Virus record (IMG/VR): IMGVR_UViG_3300020469_003050
Span: 62,001 to 126,000 of that record
Direction: 5' to 3' (one strand)
DNA: 64,000 nucleotides
Position 1 is the first letter of the stretch, and every line of letters begins with the position of its first letter. The notes under the pieces were generated by a model that was not told the origin of the DNA, did not search any database, and saw only the letters and a list, made by a program, of their open reading frames with translations. The translations under genes and the position numbers were made by a program. Below, piece after piece: positions 18,903-28,638 of the stretch.

Positions 18903-20030
18903 ATGTCTGCACAAGTTTCAATGAATGATATGGATGTTAGGATCGTAAGACCTAGCGACATTAAAGCTGAAATCAACTATGCTTTTAATAGGCAAAGACC
19001 AGTGTTTATATGGGGCCCTCCGGGTGTCGGTAAATCTGAAATAGTTGATACTATTACGCAAGAAAGGTCAGGTTATATGATTGACCTTAGACTTGCTCTT
19101 ATGGAACCTACTGATTTAAGAGGTATCCCTTATTACAATGAAAAGACAGGTCAAATGATGTGGGCTCCTCCTGCTGATTTACCAAGTCAAGAACTTGCTG
19201 ACCAGTTTGAAAACATTGTATTGTTTTTAGATGAAATGAACCAAGCACCGCAATCAGTACAAGCGGCGGCTTATCAACTTATTCTTAATAGAAGGTTAGG
19301 TTCTTATACACTTCCTGATAATGTTCTAATCGTTGCCGCTGGTAACAGAGAATCAGATAGAGGTGTTGCTTATAGAATGCCTTCTCCACTTGCTAACAGA
19401 TTTGTACACTTAGAAATGGGTGTTGACTTTGAAGATTGGCAGACTTGGGCTCTTGAAAACAAAATCCATTCTGATGTTGTAGGTTACTTAACATCTAACA
19501 AGATGGACTTGTTTAACTTTGACCCTAAAACTGCATCAAGGGCTTTCGCAACTCCAAGGTCTTGGACATTTACATCACAGTTGATGCCTACTAAGGACGA
19601 GACTATTGATGATAGTAAACTTCATGACTTGATTGCAGGTACTGTCGGTGATGGTGTTGCTACTAAGTTTATGGCTCACAGAGCGATTTCAGGTAAACTC
19701 CCTAATCCAACTGATATCTTAAATGGTAAGGTGAAAACGGTATCTAGGGAAGCTAAGGAAATCTCAGCTATGTTTTCTTTAACTGCATCACTTTGTTACG
19801 AGTTAAAAGAACATGCCGAAAAGAACAAAGGCAAAATGGACGAGTTATACAAAATGGCTGATAACTTTTTCAGGTTCATGATGGATAACTTTGAAACTGA
19901 AATGATTGTTCTAGGTGGTAGAACTGCACTAAAAGTTTACAAACTTCCACTAGAGCCTAGGAAGGTTCCTTGTATCGAGGAGTTCTTTAAGAAATACGGT
20001 AAGTTAATTATCGAGGCTCATAACGCATAA
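18903..20030 (+). CDS. MoxR-like AAA+ ATPase
   Basis: Walker A GPPGVGKS, Walker B FLDEMN, AAGNR and LANRF; start placed at the ATG after the AAAGG RBS. Confidence 0.9.
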   Translation: MSAQVSMNDMDVRIVRPSDIKAEINYAFNRQRPVFIWGPPGVGKSEIVDTITQERSGYMIDLRLALMEPTDLRGIPYYNEKTGQMMWAPPADLPSQELADQFENIVLFLDEMNQAPQSVQAAAYQLILNRRLGSYTLPDNVLIVAAGNRESDRGVAYRMPSPLANRFVHLEMGVDFEDWQTWALENKIHSDVVGYLTSNKMDLFNFDPKTASRAFATPRSWTFTSQLMPTKDETIDDSKLHDLIAGTVGDGVATKFMAHRAISGKLPNPTDILNGKVKTVSREAKEISAMFSLTASLCYELKEHAEKNKGKMDELYKMADNFFRFMMDNFETEMIVLGGRTALKVYKLPLEPRKVPCIEEFFKKYGKLIIEAHNA

Positions 20031-20057
20031 GAGCAGACACTTTATTGCGTTTCCAAG

Positions 20058-20089
20058 GGAGAGAGGTCTTGACTTCTCTCCTTTTTTTT
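20058..20089 (+). terminator. Intrinsic terminator overlapping the next promoter
   Basis: GGAGAGAGG-tcttga-CTTCTCTCC followed by T8. Confidence 0.75.
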
Positions 20090-20097
20090 GTTATAAT
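20069..20097 (+). promoter_or_regulatory. sigma70 promoter of biosynthetic cassette
   Basis: TTGACT-N17-TATAAT with TG extension; the -10 ends 5 nt before ATG 20103. Confidence 0.65.
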
Positions 20098-20102
20098 TAG
20101 AT

Positions 20103-21467
20103 ATGATTTGGGAAACAATTAAAGCACAGGCAAAGATCCACGGCAGTAAAACTGCCCTGATATGCCATGATAAGAAATACACATATAGCGAATTAGTTGA
20201 TAGTGTGGAGAAACTATCTGCTACATTATCTACAGCCATCAGACCTGGTGAGCGAGTATTATTTGCGAGTGAAAAAGAATATCATTATGTAAGAATGGTG
20301 CTGGCGTGTGATGCCTTAGGAGTAACATTCATGCCAACGTTTCCCAATTTATCTGATGAGATAGTTGAACGTATAAAGAATGCAAGTCACCCAAATCATA
20401 TAATTCTAAGTGAGGACGATGCATCAAAACTAGAGCCACATAATAAAGGCTTAATGTTTGCCAAAGGTGCAGATGATTTGTATACCGTTATATTTACTAG
20501 CGGTACTACAGGAGAGCCTAAGGCGGTCCCACATACTAGAATGGCTTGCATTCAAGGTTCAATACAAAACATACTAATACAAACTTTAACAAGTGACGAT
20601 GTAATACTTTCACAACTTCCTCCTTGGACTATTGGTGGTCTGTATCTTTATACACTTCCAGGTCTAATGAAAGGGTGTACAGTAATTTGTGAAATGTTTA
20701 ATGCTAGACGTTACATACAAATATGTAAAGAATACAAACCTACTATAGGTATTATTGTTCCTGCTATGATGTTAGCATTATCTAAAACAAGAGGATGGAA
20801 AGAGGCAGACTTATCTCATTGGCGTGAGTTAGGTTTCGGTAGTACAGTTTGTCCTAAAGAAATGCTACAAGAACTATTTGATAAAGGAGCACCTGCATTA
20901 AGAAACTTATATGGTTGTACTGAAACTCATGTACCAATGTTTACACACTTAGCAACTCCAGATGATCCATATCCTTTACAGATTCATATTACTGATAACT
21001 ATGATTTTAAATTAGATAGATATGGTGTTGCTTGGATTAAAGGTGATTGTGTTACAGAAGGATACTTGAATCAAGAAACACCTATAGACAAAGATGGCTA
21101 TTGGTGTACTGGTGATGTATTAGAAACTCAGCATAATCTTTTATTTTATAAATCACGTAAAACTGATTTAATCAAAGTTAATAGTTATAATGTATCTCCT
21201 GTTAGAGTAGAGAATATGTTTTTACCACATGATAATGTTAACGAAGTTTGTGTAACATATCGTGACAGAGGTCTAGGAGAGAAAGAAATAGTTGCAGTAG
21301 TCAGTACGGATAGCGAGATAAATAGTCTTGAATTGATGGACTTTGTTAAAGACAAACTATTTCAGTACGAGATACCTAAAGAAATTATTGTTACTAAAAA
21401 CCCATTACCTAGAAATCCTATGGGAAAAGTTCAAAGACATGTTGTCAAAGAACAATTTGTGGAGTAG
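20103..21467 (+). CDS. AMP-binding acyl-CoA/acyl-ACP synthetase
   Basis: FTSGTTGEPK, YGCTE, TGD and PRNPMGK ANL-family motifs. Confidence 0.9.
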   Translation: MIWETIKAQAKIHGSKTALICHDKKYTYSELVDSVEKLSATLSTAIRPGERVLFASEKEYHYVRMVLACDALGVTFMPTFPNLSDEIVERIKNASHPNHIILSEDDASKLEPHNKGLMFAKGADDLYTVIFTSGTTGEPKAVPHTRMACIQGSIQNILIQTLTSDDVILSQLPPWTIGGLYLYTLPGLMKGCTVICEMFNARRYIQICKEYKPTIGIIVPAMMLALSKTRGWKEADLSHWRELGFGSTVCPKEMLQELFDKGAPALRNLYGCTETHVPMFTHLATPDDPYPLQIHITDNYDFKLDRYGVAWIKGDCVTEGYLNQETPIDKDGYWCTGDVLETQHNLLFYKSRKTDLIKVNSYNVSPVRVENMFLPHDNVNEVCVTYRDRGLGEKEIVAVVSTDSEINSLELMDFVKDKLFQYEIPKEIIVTKNPLPRNPMGKVQRHVVKEQFVE

Positions 21468-21469
21468 AT

Positions 21470-23146
21470 ATGAAAACTAAATTAAACAAACTTGTAATCG
21501 TTGGCGGTGGAATAAACGGTTGGTTCACTGCAGGTTACATGAAAAATAAACACCCTTGGTTAGATGTTAAAATAATTGAGAGTGATACTATTCCTATTAT
21601 AGGTGTAGGAGAGAGTGTAGTTCCTCAAGTAAATGATTTACTAGAAACTTTAGGACTTGAGGAAAGAGATTGGATGAGTTATACAAATTCAATTTATAAA
21701 TTAGGCAATAAGTTTGTTGGTTGGAGTTCACCAGGCAAACGACACCATGTTACAGACCATTGGAACGCACCAAAGGAAGATGTACAATACTATTCATTTT
21801 CATTTGCATTGCCAGAAAAACATCTAACATCTAGTTTTTATAATCAATTAACAACTGATGATTATTTTACTAACTCTAAAGGCGAGGCAGGAGTAGATGA
21901 TAAATGGAATGACTATTGGTTACAATTAGTACGTGAGGGTAAAAGAAATCCTAAAGAATCCTCACAAGATACGCATGAACAACATTATCTGATGGACGGT
22001 AATAAGGCACCATTTGATATGAATGACAATCCTTTACTCGGAGACTGGCAGTCATACTCATTTCATTTAGATGCAAATAGATTTCCAGAACTTATTAGAG
22101 ACAAAGTTGCTTTACCTAAAGGTGTTCAGCATATCATAGGTGATGTAAAAGAAATCATCAAAGATGAGGACGGTTATATTACTAAACTATTATTAGAAGA
22201 TGGCACAGAACACGAAGCCGATTTGTTTGTCGATTGTTCAGGTTTACATAAAGTATTAGTAGGTGGAATGAATAATGAATGGCATGATTATGACTTTATT
22301 CATACACAGGATGCAGTAGTTGGTCCATTAAAATATAAAGATGTTTATAACGAGTTTAGACCTTACACACAAACATATGCACAAGATGAAGGTTGGAACT
22401 TTATTATCTCATTATATAATAGAATGGGTTCAGGATATATCTTTGATAGAACTGAGATATCTCCAGAAGATGCAATGGAAAAGTTTAAAAAGTATTGGGA
22501 AGGTTATGAGTTTATCAAACCACCAAAACATATTTCATGGAAAGCAGGACGTATGGTCACACCATGGAATAAAAATGTGTTAAGTATAGGAATGAGTCAT
22601 TCATTTATTGAACCAATGGAAGGCAATGCAATGTACATATCACAATGGGGTATACAGTTATTAGATAGATTCGTAAATCGACAACAAGAAGATGATGAAA
22701 TTATATCAGCAGGAAGTATACATGCATACAATAAGAGTATGAACGGTTTAGAAGACCATGTTGCAGACTTTATTGCATATCATTATACACTTACGAATAG
22801 AGAAGATACTAACTTTTGGAAGAAACAAAAAGAGTATGGTAAGAAACATAATCATAAAGAAGCCATATGGAAAGAATACAAAAACCCTTATAATCAAATA
22901 GGAAATAGTTTATATCCAGACTATATGTGGATGACTGTAGCAACTGCCATGGGGCATTTCGATGATACAGTTGAACTAAATACTAAAAAAGAATTAATGA
23001 ATAAAGCAGATATCATGTTTGAATATTGCAGAAAATTAAGTGAGGCACAAGGAGAAATGGCTCCACATGCATATGATTGGCATAGAAAGTTTCTGTTTAA
23101 CGGAAAGAGCCATGAGGAAGTATTAGAGGAAGCATTAAAGAAATAA
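21470..23146 (+). CDS. Flavin-dependent (tryptophan halogenase family) halogenase
   Basis: IVGGG..GW, IGVGES, YKLGNKF (catalytic Lys position), DLFVDCSG and FIEPME. Confidence 0.88.
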   Translation: MKTKLNKLVIVGGGINGWFTAGYMKNKHPWLDVKIIESDTIPIIGVGESVVPQVNDLLETLGLEERDWMSYTNSIYKLGNKFVGWSSPGKRHHVTDHWNAPKEDVQYYSFSFALPEKHLTSSFYNQLTTDDYFTNSKGEAGVDDKWNDYWLQLVREGKRNPKESSQDTHEQHYLMDGNKAPFDMNDNPLLGDWQSYSFHLDANRFPELIRDKVALPKGVQHIIGDVKEIIKDEDGYITKLLLEDGTEHEADLFVDCSGLHKVLVGGMNNEWHDYDFIHTQDAVVGPLKYKDVYNEFRPYTQTYAQDEGWNFIISLYNRMGSGYIFDRTEISPEDAMEKFKKYWEGYEFIKPPKHISWKAGRMVTPWNKNVLSIGMSHSFIEPMEGNAMYISQWGIQLLDRFVNRQQEDDEIISAGSIHAYNKSMNGLEDHVADFIAYHYTLTNREDTNFWKKQKEYGKKHNHKEAIWKEYKNPYNQIGNSLYPDYMWMTVATAMGHFDDTVELNTKKELMNKADIMFEYCRKLSEAQGEMAPHAYDWHRKFLFNGKSHEEVLEEALKK

Positions 23147-23871
23147 TGACATACCAAAATAGAGTAACATTGAAAGTATTTTTTATGTTAGCAGTATCCG
23201 TAATTGGAATACCTGCTTACTTCTATATGGGTGGTTCATGGCAACTTGCTCTTGCTTTTACTTTGTATGGTTGTGTTACAAATGCATTATCACAAATTGC
23301 ATATCATAGATGGTTATGTCACGACCAGTTTGTTCCACATAGACTAGGACGTTTAGCAATGTTATATGGTATTGTTATGAGTGCTAATGGTAGTCCTATA
23401 CAATATGTTTACTCACATTTAAATCATCATAAGAATTCAGATAAAGAAAAAGATACACACAATCCAGCAGAGTTAGGATTGTTTAAAATGTGGTTAGGTC
23501 AGTATAAGTCACCAGAAGATTATATTAGTTTACGTTTCTTGTTAAGAAAACGTGATGTAGTTTTTGTTAATAGATATTACTGGAAACTATATGCATTGTT
23601 TACATTAATACATTTTATCATAACACCTTGGTTAGTTGTATGGCAAGCATTTAATTTTACTCACATGTGGATAGCATTAACTTGGTTGAACTATGCGGCT
23701 CACAAAGATGGTGGTCCTAGTAAACTAACTGGCTTTGCAAACATATGGATGATGGGCGAAGGTTGCCATGACATACATCATAAGTATGCGAGTAGATTAG
23801 ATATGTCACACGAAGATTTAACAGATTGGGCTGGCAGATATTATATACCAGCATTGTTGGCTAGAAGATGA
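23146..23871 (+). CDS. Membrane fatty-acid desaturase family protein
   Basis: His boxes HRWLCH, HLNHH and HDIHH; TM segments. Confidence 0.85.
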   Translation: MTYQNRVTLKVFFMLAVSVIGIPAYFYMGGSWQLALAFTLYGCVTNALSQIAYHRWLCHDQFVPHRLGRLAMLYGIVMSANGSPIQYVYSHLNHHKNSDKEKDTHNPAELGLFKMWLGQYKSPEDYISLRFLLRKRDVVFVNRYYWKLYALFTLIHFIITPWLVVWQAFNFTHMWIALTWLNYAAHKDGGPSKLTGFANIWMMGEGCHDIHHKYASRLDMSHEDLTDWAGRYYIPALLARR

Positions 23872-24038
23872 GAAGTTTATTAAAAATATGGCAGTATGCT
23901 TTAGGTTCTTATTCAGATGATAAGACAAAACCTTATGACAAACAAATGTTAATCATAAGAACTTTTTGGGTACTACTACACATTGCTACATGTGTAATGA
24001 TTATATTAGGTAACGGTCATTTGATGGGCTGGTGGTAA
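23868..24038 (+). CDS. 56-aa membrane protein (not in ORF track)
   Basis: MRSLLKIWQYALGSYSDDKTKPYDKQMLIIRTFWVLLHIATCVMIILGNGHLMGWW; ATGA and TAATG coupling at both ends. Confidence 0.7.
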   Translation: MRSLLKIWQYALGSYSDDKTKPYDKQMLIIRTFWVLLHIATCVMIILGNGHLMGWW

Positions 24039-24652
24039 TGAAAGTATTAGAAACTTTTACTGGTGCAGATAATTATGAATTCAAAGTAGTAGAATACGAT
24101 AGCACATTAAAGTCAGACCTAGAAGAATTCTGTCAGAAATGTGACAAGGTAGGTATTCTAAATAATGCAAGTTTAAAAGCATTGAAGTTTGGTAAATGGG
24201 GTAAGCAAGAGAATTGGTGGTTTGTTTATCATAAGGATGAAATAGTATCAATGGCAGGCGCACATTATTTGCCTCATGTACATGATAAATGTTATATGAT
24301 AAATTATAGATTAGCAACACTTCCTGAATGGAGAAACATGGCAGACGATAGACAAAATAGTAGAAGAATGTATCATGAGTTTGGATTTGCTAGACTTGTT
24401 CCTTTCATGGCTGATTGGGCTGTAGAACAAGGTGCAACTGATTGTGTAGTAACTACTGCATCAGAAGACCACAGTGAAGATAGAAGTGGTACGATGCATA
24501 AGATATGGAGATTTGCTTATGTAGTTTGGCCACATGAAGATAAGTTATCTCTATTACATAAAGATTTCCCATTGTATGGTATTAAGCAAGATGTTTGGAG
24601 ATTTAATTGGAGAAACTTTCGTACAGGTGAGAGGATAGAATATGCTAGATAA
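24038..24652 (+). CDS. GNAT-like acyltransferase (putative)
   Basis: IVSMAG..YRLATLPEWRN resembles GNAT motif A. Confidence 0.5.
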   Translation: MKVLETFTGADNYEFKVVEYDSTLKSDLEEFCQKCDKVGILNNASLKALKFGKWGKQENWWFVYHKDEIVSMAGAHYLPHVHDKCYMINYRLATLPEWRNMADDRQNSRRMYHEFGFARLVPFMADWAVEQGATDCVVTTASEDHSEDRSGTMHKIWRFAYVVWPHEDKLSLLHKDFPLYGIKQDVWRFNWRNFRTGERIEYAR

Positions 24653-25418
24653 AATAACATATGGTTGGAAAATGAGAATACTATGGATTGTATTGCATAT
24701 TGTATTAATTTACAGTATCATATCAGCGCCAGAGTATTTTTGGTATTCATTTGCATGGGGGTGTATAACAACTATGGTAGGCGGCTTTGCTGGTTGGCAT
24801 AGATATTGGGCACACAGAAGTTATCAGACAGGAAGGAAAAGACAAGTACTTCTTCTTTGGTGGGGTGCATTAGGCTTTCCAGGTAAACCACTTCCTACTA
24901 TAGGTGGACATAGATTGCATCACAAATATGCAGATGTAGAAGGCATGGATATTCATTCACCAAGAGAAAAATCATGGTGGGAAAACTTAATGGGATTCTA
25001 TGAAGACTTCCCTAAAGAAAGAAGAATTTTTAAAGACTTGTATATGGATCCGCAAGTAAGATTTATGCAACGATATTATTTTCAAATTATAACAGTTGCA
25101 ATGATTGTACTATTCTTAATTGATCCAATCTTACCAGGTTATGTATTAGGTATCACAGGTGTATATCAATTCTGGGTAGGTACATTTGGTATAGTACATT
25201 TGCTACACATATTTGGTAAAGCAGACCATGATACAGGAGACGATAGTAAAAATAGTTGGTTACTTGCATTGTTTACATTCGGAGAAGGTTGGCACAACAA
25301 TCATCATAACAATAGTTTAAGTTATACCACACAAGAAAAATGGTATCAGTTTGACCCAACCGGGTTAGTAATTAAATATTTCATAGCAACGGATTTAAAA
25401 CATGACCGTATATATTAA
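24642..25418 (+). CDS. Delta-9-type acyl desaturase
   Basis: HRYWAHRSY, HRLHH..D...DIHSP and GEGWHNNHH. Confidence 0.92.
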   Translation: MLDKITYGWKMRILWIVLHIVLIYSIISAPEYFWYSFAWGCITTMVGGFAGWHRYWAHRSYQTGRKRQVLLLWWGALGFPGKPLPTIGGHRLHHKYADVEGMDIHSPREKSWWENLMGFYEDFPKERRIFKDLYMDPQVRFMQRYYFQIITVAMIVLFLIDPILPGYVLGITGVYQFWVGTFGIVHLLHIFGKADHDTGDDSKNSWLLALFTFGEGWHNNHHNNSLSYTTQEKWYQFDPTGLVIKYFIATDLKHDRIY

Positions 25419-26550
25419 CGACTTGTCTTGCTTTACACCTTTCGGTGATTTAGAGCAAACATGGAAGGGCGTAACAGAAAACAAAGTAGCATACGGACCT
25501 ATTACTAAGTTTGACCCAAACGAAAGTAGATATACACGAAGCAAAGTAGCGGGCGAGTTTCATTTTAATGCAGAAGATTATCCTATCATAACTGAGTCAG
25601 AACGTGATAGACTTCCAGAATCTAATCAATGGGCTTTAGCATTAGCAAGTAAGATAGATTTAGATATTATAGATAAAAGCAGAACAGGTGTTATTGTATC
25701 ACCAGGCTTTTCAATGTACTTAGAAATACTAAAAGCAAATAAGGACAATGCAGATAACATTTATCATTACTGTCCTGATATGATTGCACACAATATAAAC
25801 ATGAAATATGGTTTAACTGGTGCTAGTGCAATGACATTAACCGCATGTAGTACAGGTGTTTATAGTGTAATATGGGCGGCTATGATGATTGAAATGGGAA
25901 TGATAGACCATGCTTTAGCAGGCTCAGTAGACGTAACAATACACCCTGATGCATTCAAACAGATGGGTAAATTAAGAGCATTGACAACTAAATTCAATGA
26001 TACACCAGAAAAAGCATCAAGACCTTATGATACAAAACGTGACGGTTTAGTATTAAGTGAGGGTGGTGCAATATTCTTATTAAGTAAAAATAAAACAAAT
26101 AAAACAATCTGTCAGATAGATGGTTATGCAGTAAACAATGATGCATATCAAACTGTCGCACCTCACCCTAACGGAGAAGAAGTGCAGAAATGTATGGCAG
26201 AGGCTCTAAAAGGCAGAATACCTAGTCTTATTAATGTACACGGTACATCTACTCCTATGGGAGATTATGCTGAATTAGATGCTATTAATAGACTAGGATT
26301 ACAAGAAGTGCCGATTACTGCGAACAAATCTCAACTAGGACATTGTATGGGAGCCGCTGGTTCTGTAGAGTTAGCTATGTCTATAATGTCTCTAAAACAT
26401 GCTATTATACCGCCTACGGTGAACGTAGAAGAGGTTGAAGAAGGATATAGTCCAAAGATATACAATAAGTCAACTAGTGCAGAAATAACGTCTGTATTGT
26501 GTAATTCCTTCGGTTTTGGCGGTACAAATGCTAGTATTTTAGTTAGTTGA
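25402..26550 (+). CDS. fabF: Beta-ketoacyl-ACP synthase II
   Basis: TACSTG (Cys), SRPYD..RDG, HGTST, KSQLGH and NSFGFGGTN. Confidence 0.92.
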   Translation: MTVYINDLSCFTPFGDLEQTWKGVTENKVAYGPITKFDPNESRYTRSKVAGEFHFNAEDYPIITESERDRLPESNQWALALASKIDLDIIDKSRTGVIVSPGFSMYLEILKANKDNADNIYHYCPDMIAHNINMKYGLTGASAMTLTACSTGVYSVIWAAMMIEMGMIDHALAGSVDVTIHPDAFKQMGKLRALTTKFNDTPEKASRPYDTKRDGLVLSEGGAIFLLSKNKTNKTICQIDGYAVNNDAYQTVAPHPNGEEVQKCMAEALKGRIPSLINVHGTSTPMGDYAELDAINRLGLQEVPITANKSQLGHCMGAAGSVELAMSIMSLKHAIIPPTVNVEEVEEGYSPKIYNKSTSAEITSVLCNSFGFGGTNASILVS

Positions 26551-26605
26551 AAACTTGACAATATCAAGAATCGTGTTATTATGTATACATAATGAAAAAC
26601 AAAGG
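26550..26605 (+). repeat. 56-bp promoter+RBS block, copy 2
   Basis: Near-identical to 18837-18892. Confidence 0.9.
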
Positions 26606-26615
26606 TAACTCAAAT

Positions 26616-27935
26616 ATGCAAGTACAAGAACAAAAATCTATTGACGATATTGTAGATGGTGCATTAAAAGATGCAGGTATCGAAATTGATGAGAACTCAG
26701 CAGAACCCGTAGTATTTGACTATACTGATAGGGAAGTCAAAGAAATGATTGTTGCTGGTAGAGTTAGAATGCTTATCAAACATCCGTTCTTTGGTACACT
26801 TGCTACAAGATTAAAATTAGTTGAGGCAGAATGGTGTCCAACAGCCGCAGTTGACGGCAAACATTTTTATTATAACTGTGATTTTTTCAGAACTCTAACA
26901 CCGGAAGAGATTGACTTTGTAGTAGGTCATGAGGTTCTTCACTGTGTTTATGACCATTGTGGTGAAGGTGGTCGTCTATTTGATTTCGATGAGAAGGATC
27001 GTGATGCTAAACTTTGGAACATAGCCGCTGACTATAAAGTTAATCAAGGTTGTGTTGAAAGTAGAATTGGTGTTATGCCAAAGTCTGCATTATTTGATCC
27101 TAAGTATCATGGTAAGTACACTGAGGAGATTTATCAGTATCTAAAAACTACAGGTCAAGGTCAAGATAAAGAAACACTTGACCAACATATCATGGGTAAT
27201 GGTAATGACTCAACAGGTGGTACTGGTGAAAACGATCCTACAGGACGTAAAGCACCAATCAAGATTTCTAAGGAAGAGGCAAAACAACTTAAAGACCAAA
27301 TGAAACAGGCTGTTGTTCAAGCGGCTCAAACTGCTGGTGCTGGTAATATGCCTGGTGATATTAAAAGACTTGTCAAATCTATGACAGAACCTAAGATGGA
27401 TTGGAGACAGTTACTTAATACATCTATTCTAAGTTTACTTAAATCAGATTTTACATGGATGAAACAATCAAGAAAATCTAGGTCAATGGGTGTTTATCTT
27501 CCAGGTCAAAACAATGATACTATGATTGACTTAGGTATTGGTCTTGATGTTTCAGGTTCTATTGACAATAAAATGTTAGCCGACTTCATGGGTGAAGTTG
27601 GAGGCATCATGCAACAGTTTCAGGACTTTAGACTTAGAGTTTGGACTTTCGATACTGAGGTCAACGAATATTCTTTCAAAGAATTCACACCAATGAATGC
27701 TGATGAGATTAAAGATTACGAAATCAAAGGCGGTGGTGGTACTGATTTTGATTGTAACTTTACTTTCATGGAAAACAACGATATCATTCCTGATAAGTTT
27801 GTAATGTTTACTGATGGGTATCCATTTGGTAGTTGGGGTAACCCAAACTATTGTGATACACTATTTGTTATTCATGGTAGTGACCAAATTATCCCACCAT
27901 TCGGCGAACACGCCTACTATCACAAAGCCGCATAA
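26616..27935 (+). CDS. Metallopeptidase-like + VWA domain protein (DUF2201-like), MoxR partner
   Basis: HEVLH, WNIAADY.VN, MIDAS DVSGS, GGGGTDF and FTDG. Confidence 0.85.
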   Translation: MQVQEQKSIDDIVDGALKDAGIEIDENSAEPVVFDYTDREVKEMIVAGRVRMLIKHPFFGTLATRLKLVEAEWCPTAAVDGKHFYYNCDFFRTLTPEEIDFVVGHEVLHCVYDHCGEGGRLFDFDEKDRDAKLWNIAADYKVNQGCVESRIGVMPKSALFDPKYHGKYTEEIYQYLKTTGQGQDKETLDQHIMGNGNDSTGGTGENDPTGRKAPIKISKEEAKQLKDQMKQAVVQAAQTAGAGNMPGDIKRLVKSMTEPKMDWRQLLNTSILSLLKSDFTWMKQSRKSRSMGVYLPGQNNDTMIDLGIGLDVSGSIDNKMLADFMGEVGGIMQQFQDFRLRVWTFDTEVNEYSFKEFTPMNADEIKDYEIKGGGGTDFDCNFTFMENNDIIPDKFVMFTDGYPFGSWGNPNYCDTLFVIHGSDQIIPPFGEHAYYHKAA

Positions 27936-27939
27936 ATAG

Positions 27940-27960
27940 TAGGGAGTGCAAAACTCCCTA
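27940..27960 (+). terminator. Hairpin after VWA gene
   Basis: TAGGGAGT-gcaaa-ACTCCCTA. Confidence 0.5.
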
Positions 27961-27984
27961 ATCATAAGAGACTAAATATCATTA

Positions 27985-28527
27985 ATGAGCGATACATTAC
28001 TATTGAATGCGGACTACAAACCTCTTGGACTCTCACCTCTTTCTACTCTAACATGGCAAGAAAGTATTAAACTTATCTGGCTTGATAAGATTAATATAGT
28101 TGAATGGCATGATGATTGGGAAGTACATAGTCCTAATCATACTATGAAAGTTCCAAGTGTAATAGCCGTACGTGAATACGTACAACAGGATAGAGAAGGT
28201 ATAAATTTCTCACGTAGGAACGTATTCATACGTGACCATTATACTTGTCAATATTGTTTAGATGCATTCTCTCCGAAAGAACTTACACTGGATCATGTTA
28301 TCCCTAGGTCAAAAGGTGGTAAGTCTGGTTGGGAGAATATGGTATCTGCATGTAAGAAATGTAATCTAGCAAAGGGATCCCGTACTGATATTAAGCCAGT
28401 TAGGACACCAATTAAACCAAACTTCTATAATCTAATGTCTCAAAAGAACTTTACACTAAAGATAAAACACCATATTTGGTTAAATTATTTAGATTGGCCA
28501 GAAGAATATGTTAATTTAGTAGCATAA
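27985..28527 (+). CDS. HNH endonuclease
   Basis: RDHYTCQYC, TLDHVIPRSKGG and WENMVSACKKCN. Confidence 0.92.
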   Translation: MSDTLLLNADYKPLGLSPLSTLTWQESIKLIWLDKINIVEWHDDWEVHSPNHTMKVPSVIAVREYVQQDREGINFSRRNVFIRDHYTCQYCLDAFSPKELTLDHVIPRSKGGKSGWENMVSACKKCNLAKGSRTDIKPVRTPIKPNFYNLMSQKNFTLKIKHHIWLNYLDWPEEYVNLVA

Positions 28528-28542
28528 TAATCAAATAAAGGC

Positions 28543-28571
28543 TTGACTTCACTCCCTCATTTTGTTATAAT
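28543..28571 (+). promoter_or_regulatory. sigma70 promoter
   Basis: TTGACT-N17-TATAAT. Confidence 0.65.
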
Positions 28572-28638
28572 AGTAGTTGAATAATAAGTTATTCTATTAT
28601 ATATAATAAACTAAACTAATGTCAAAGGAGTATACACA

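Noticed and set aside
27985-28527. HNH as part of an intron or mobile element
   Set aside because: Free-standing between intact genes; no interrupted host gene or terminal repeats seen.
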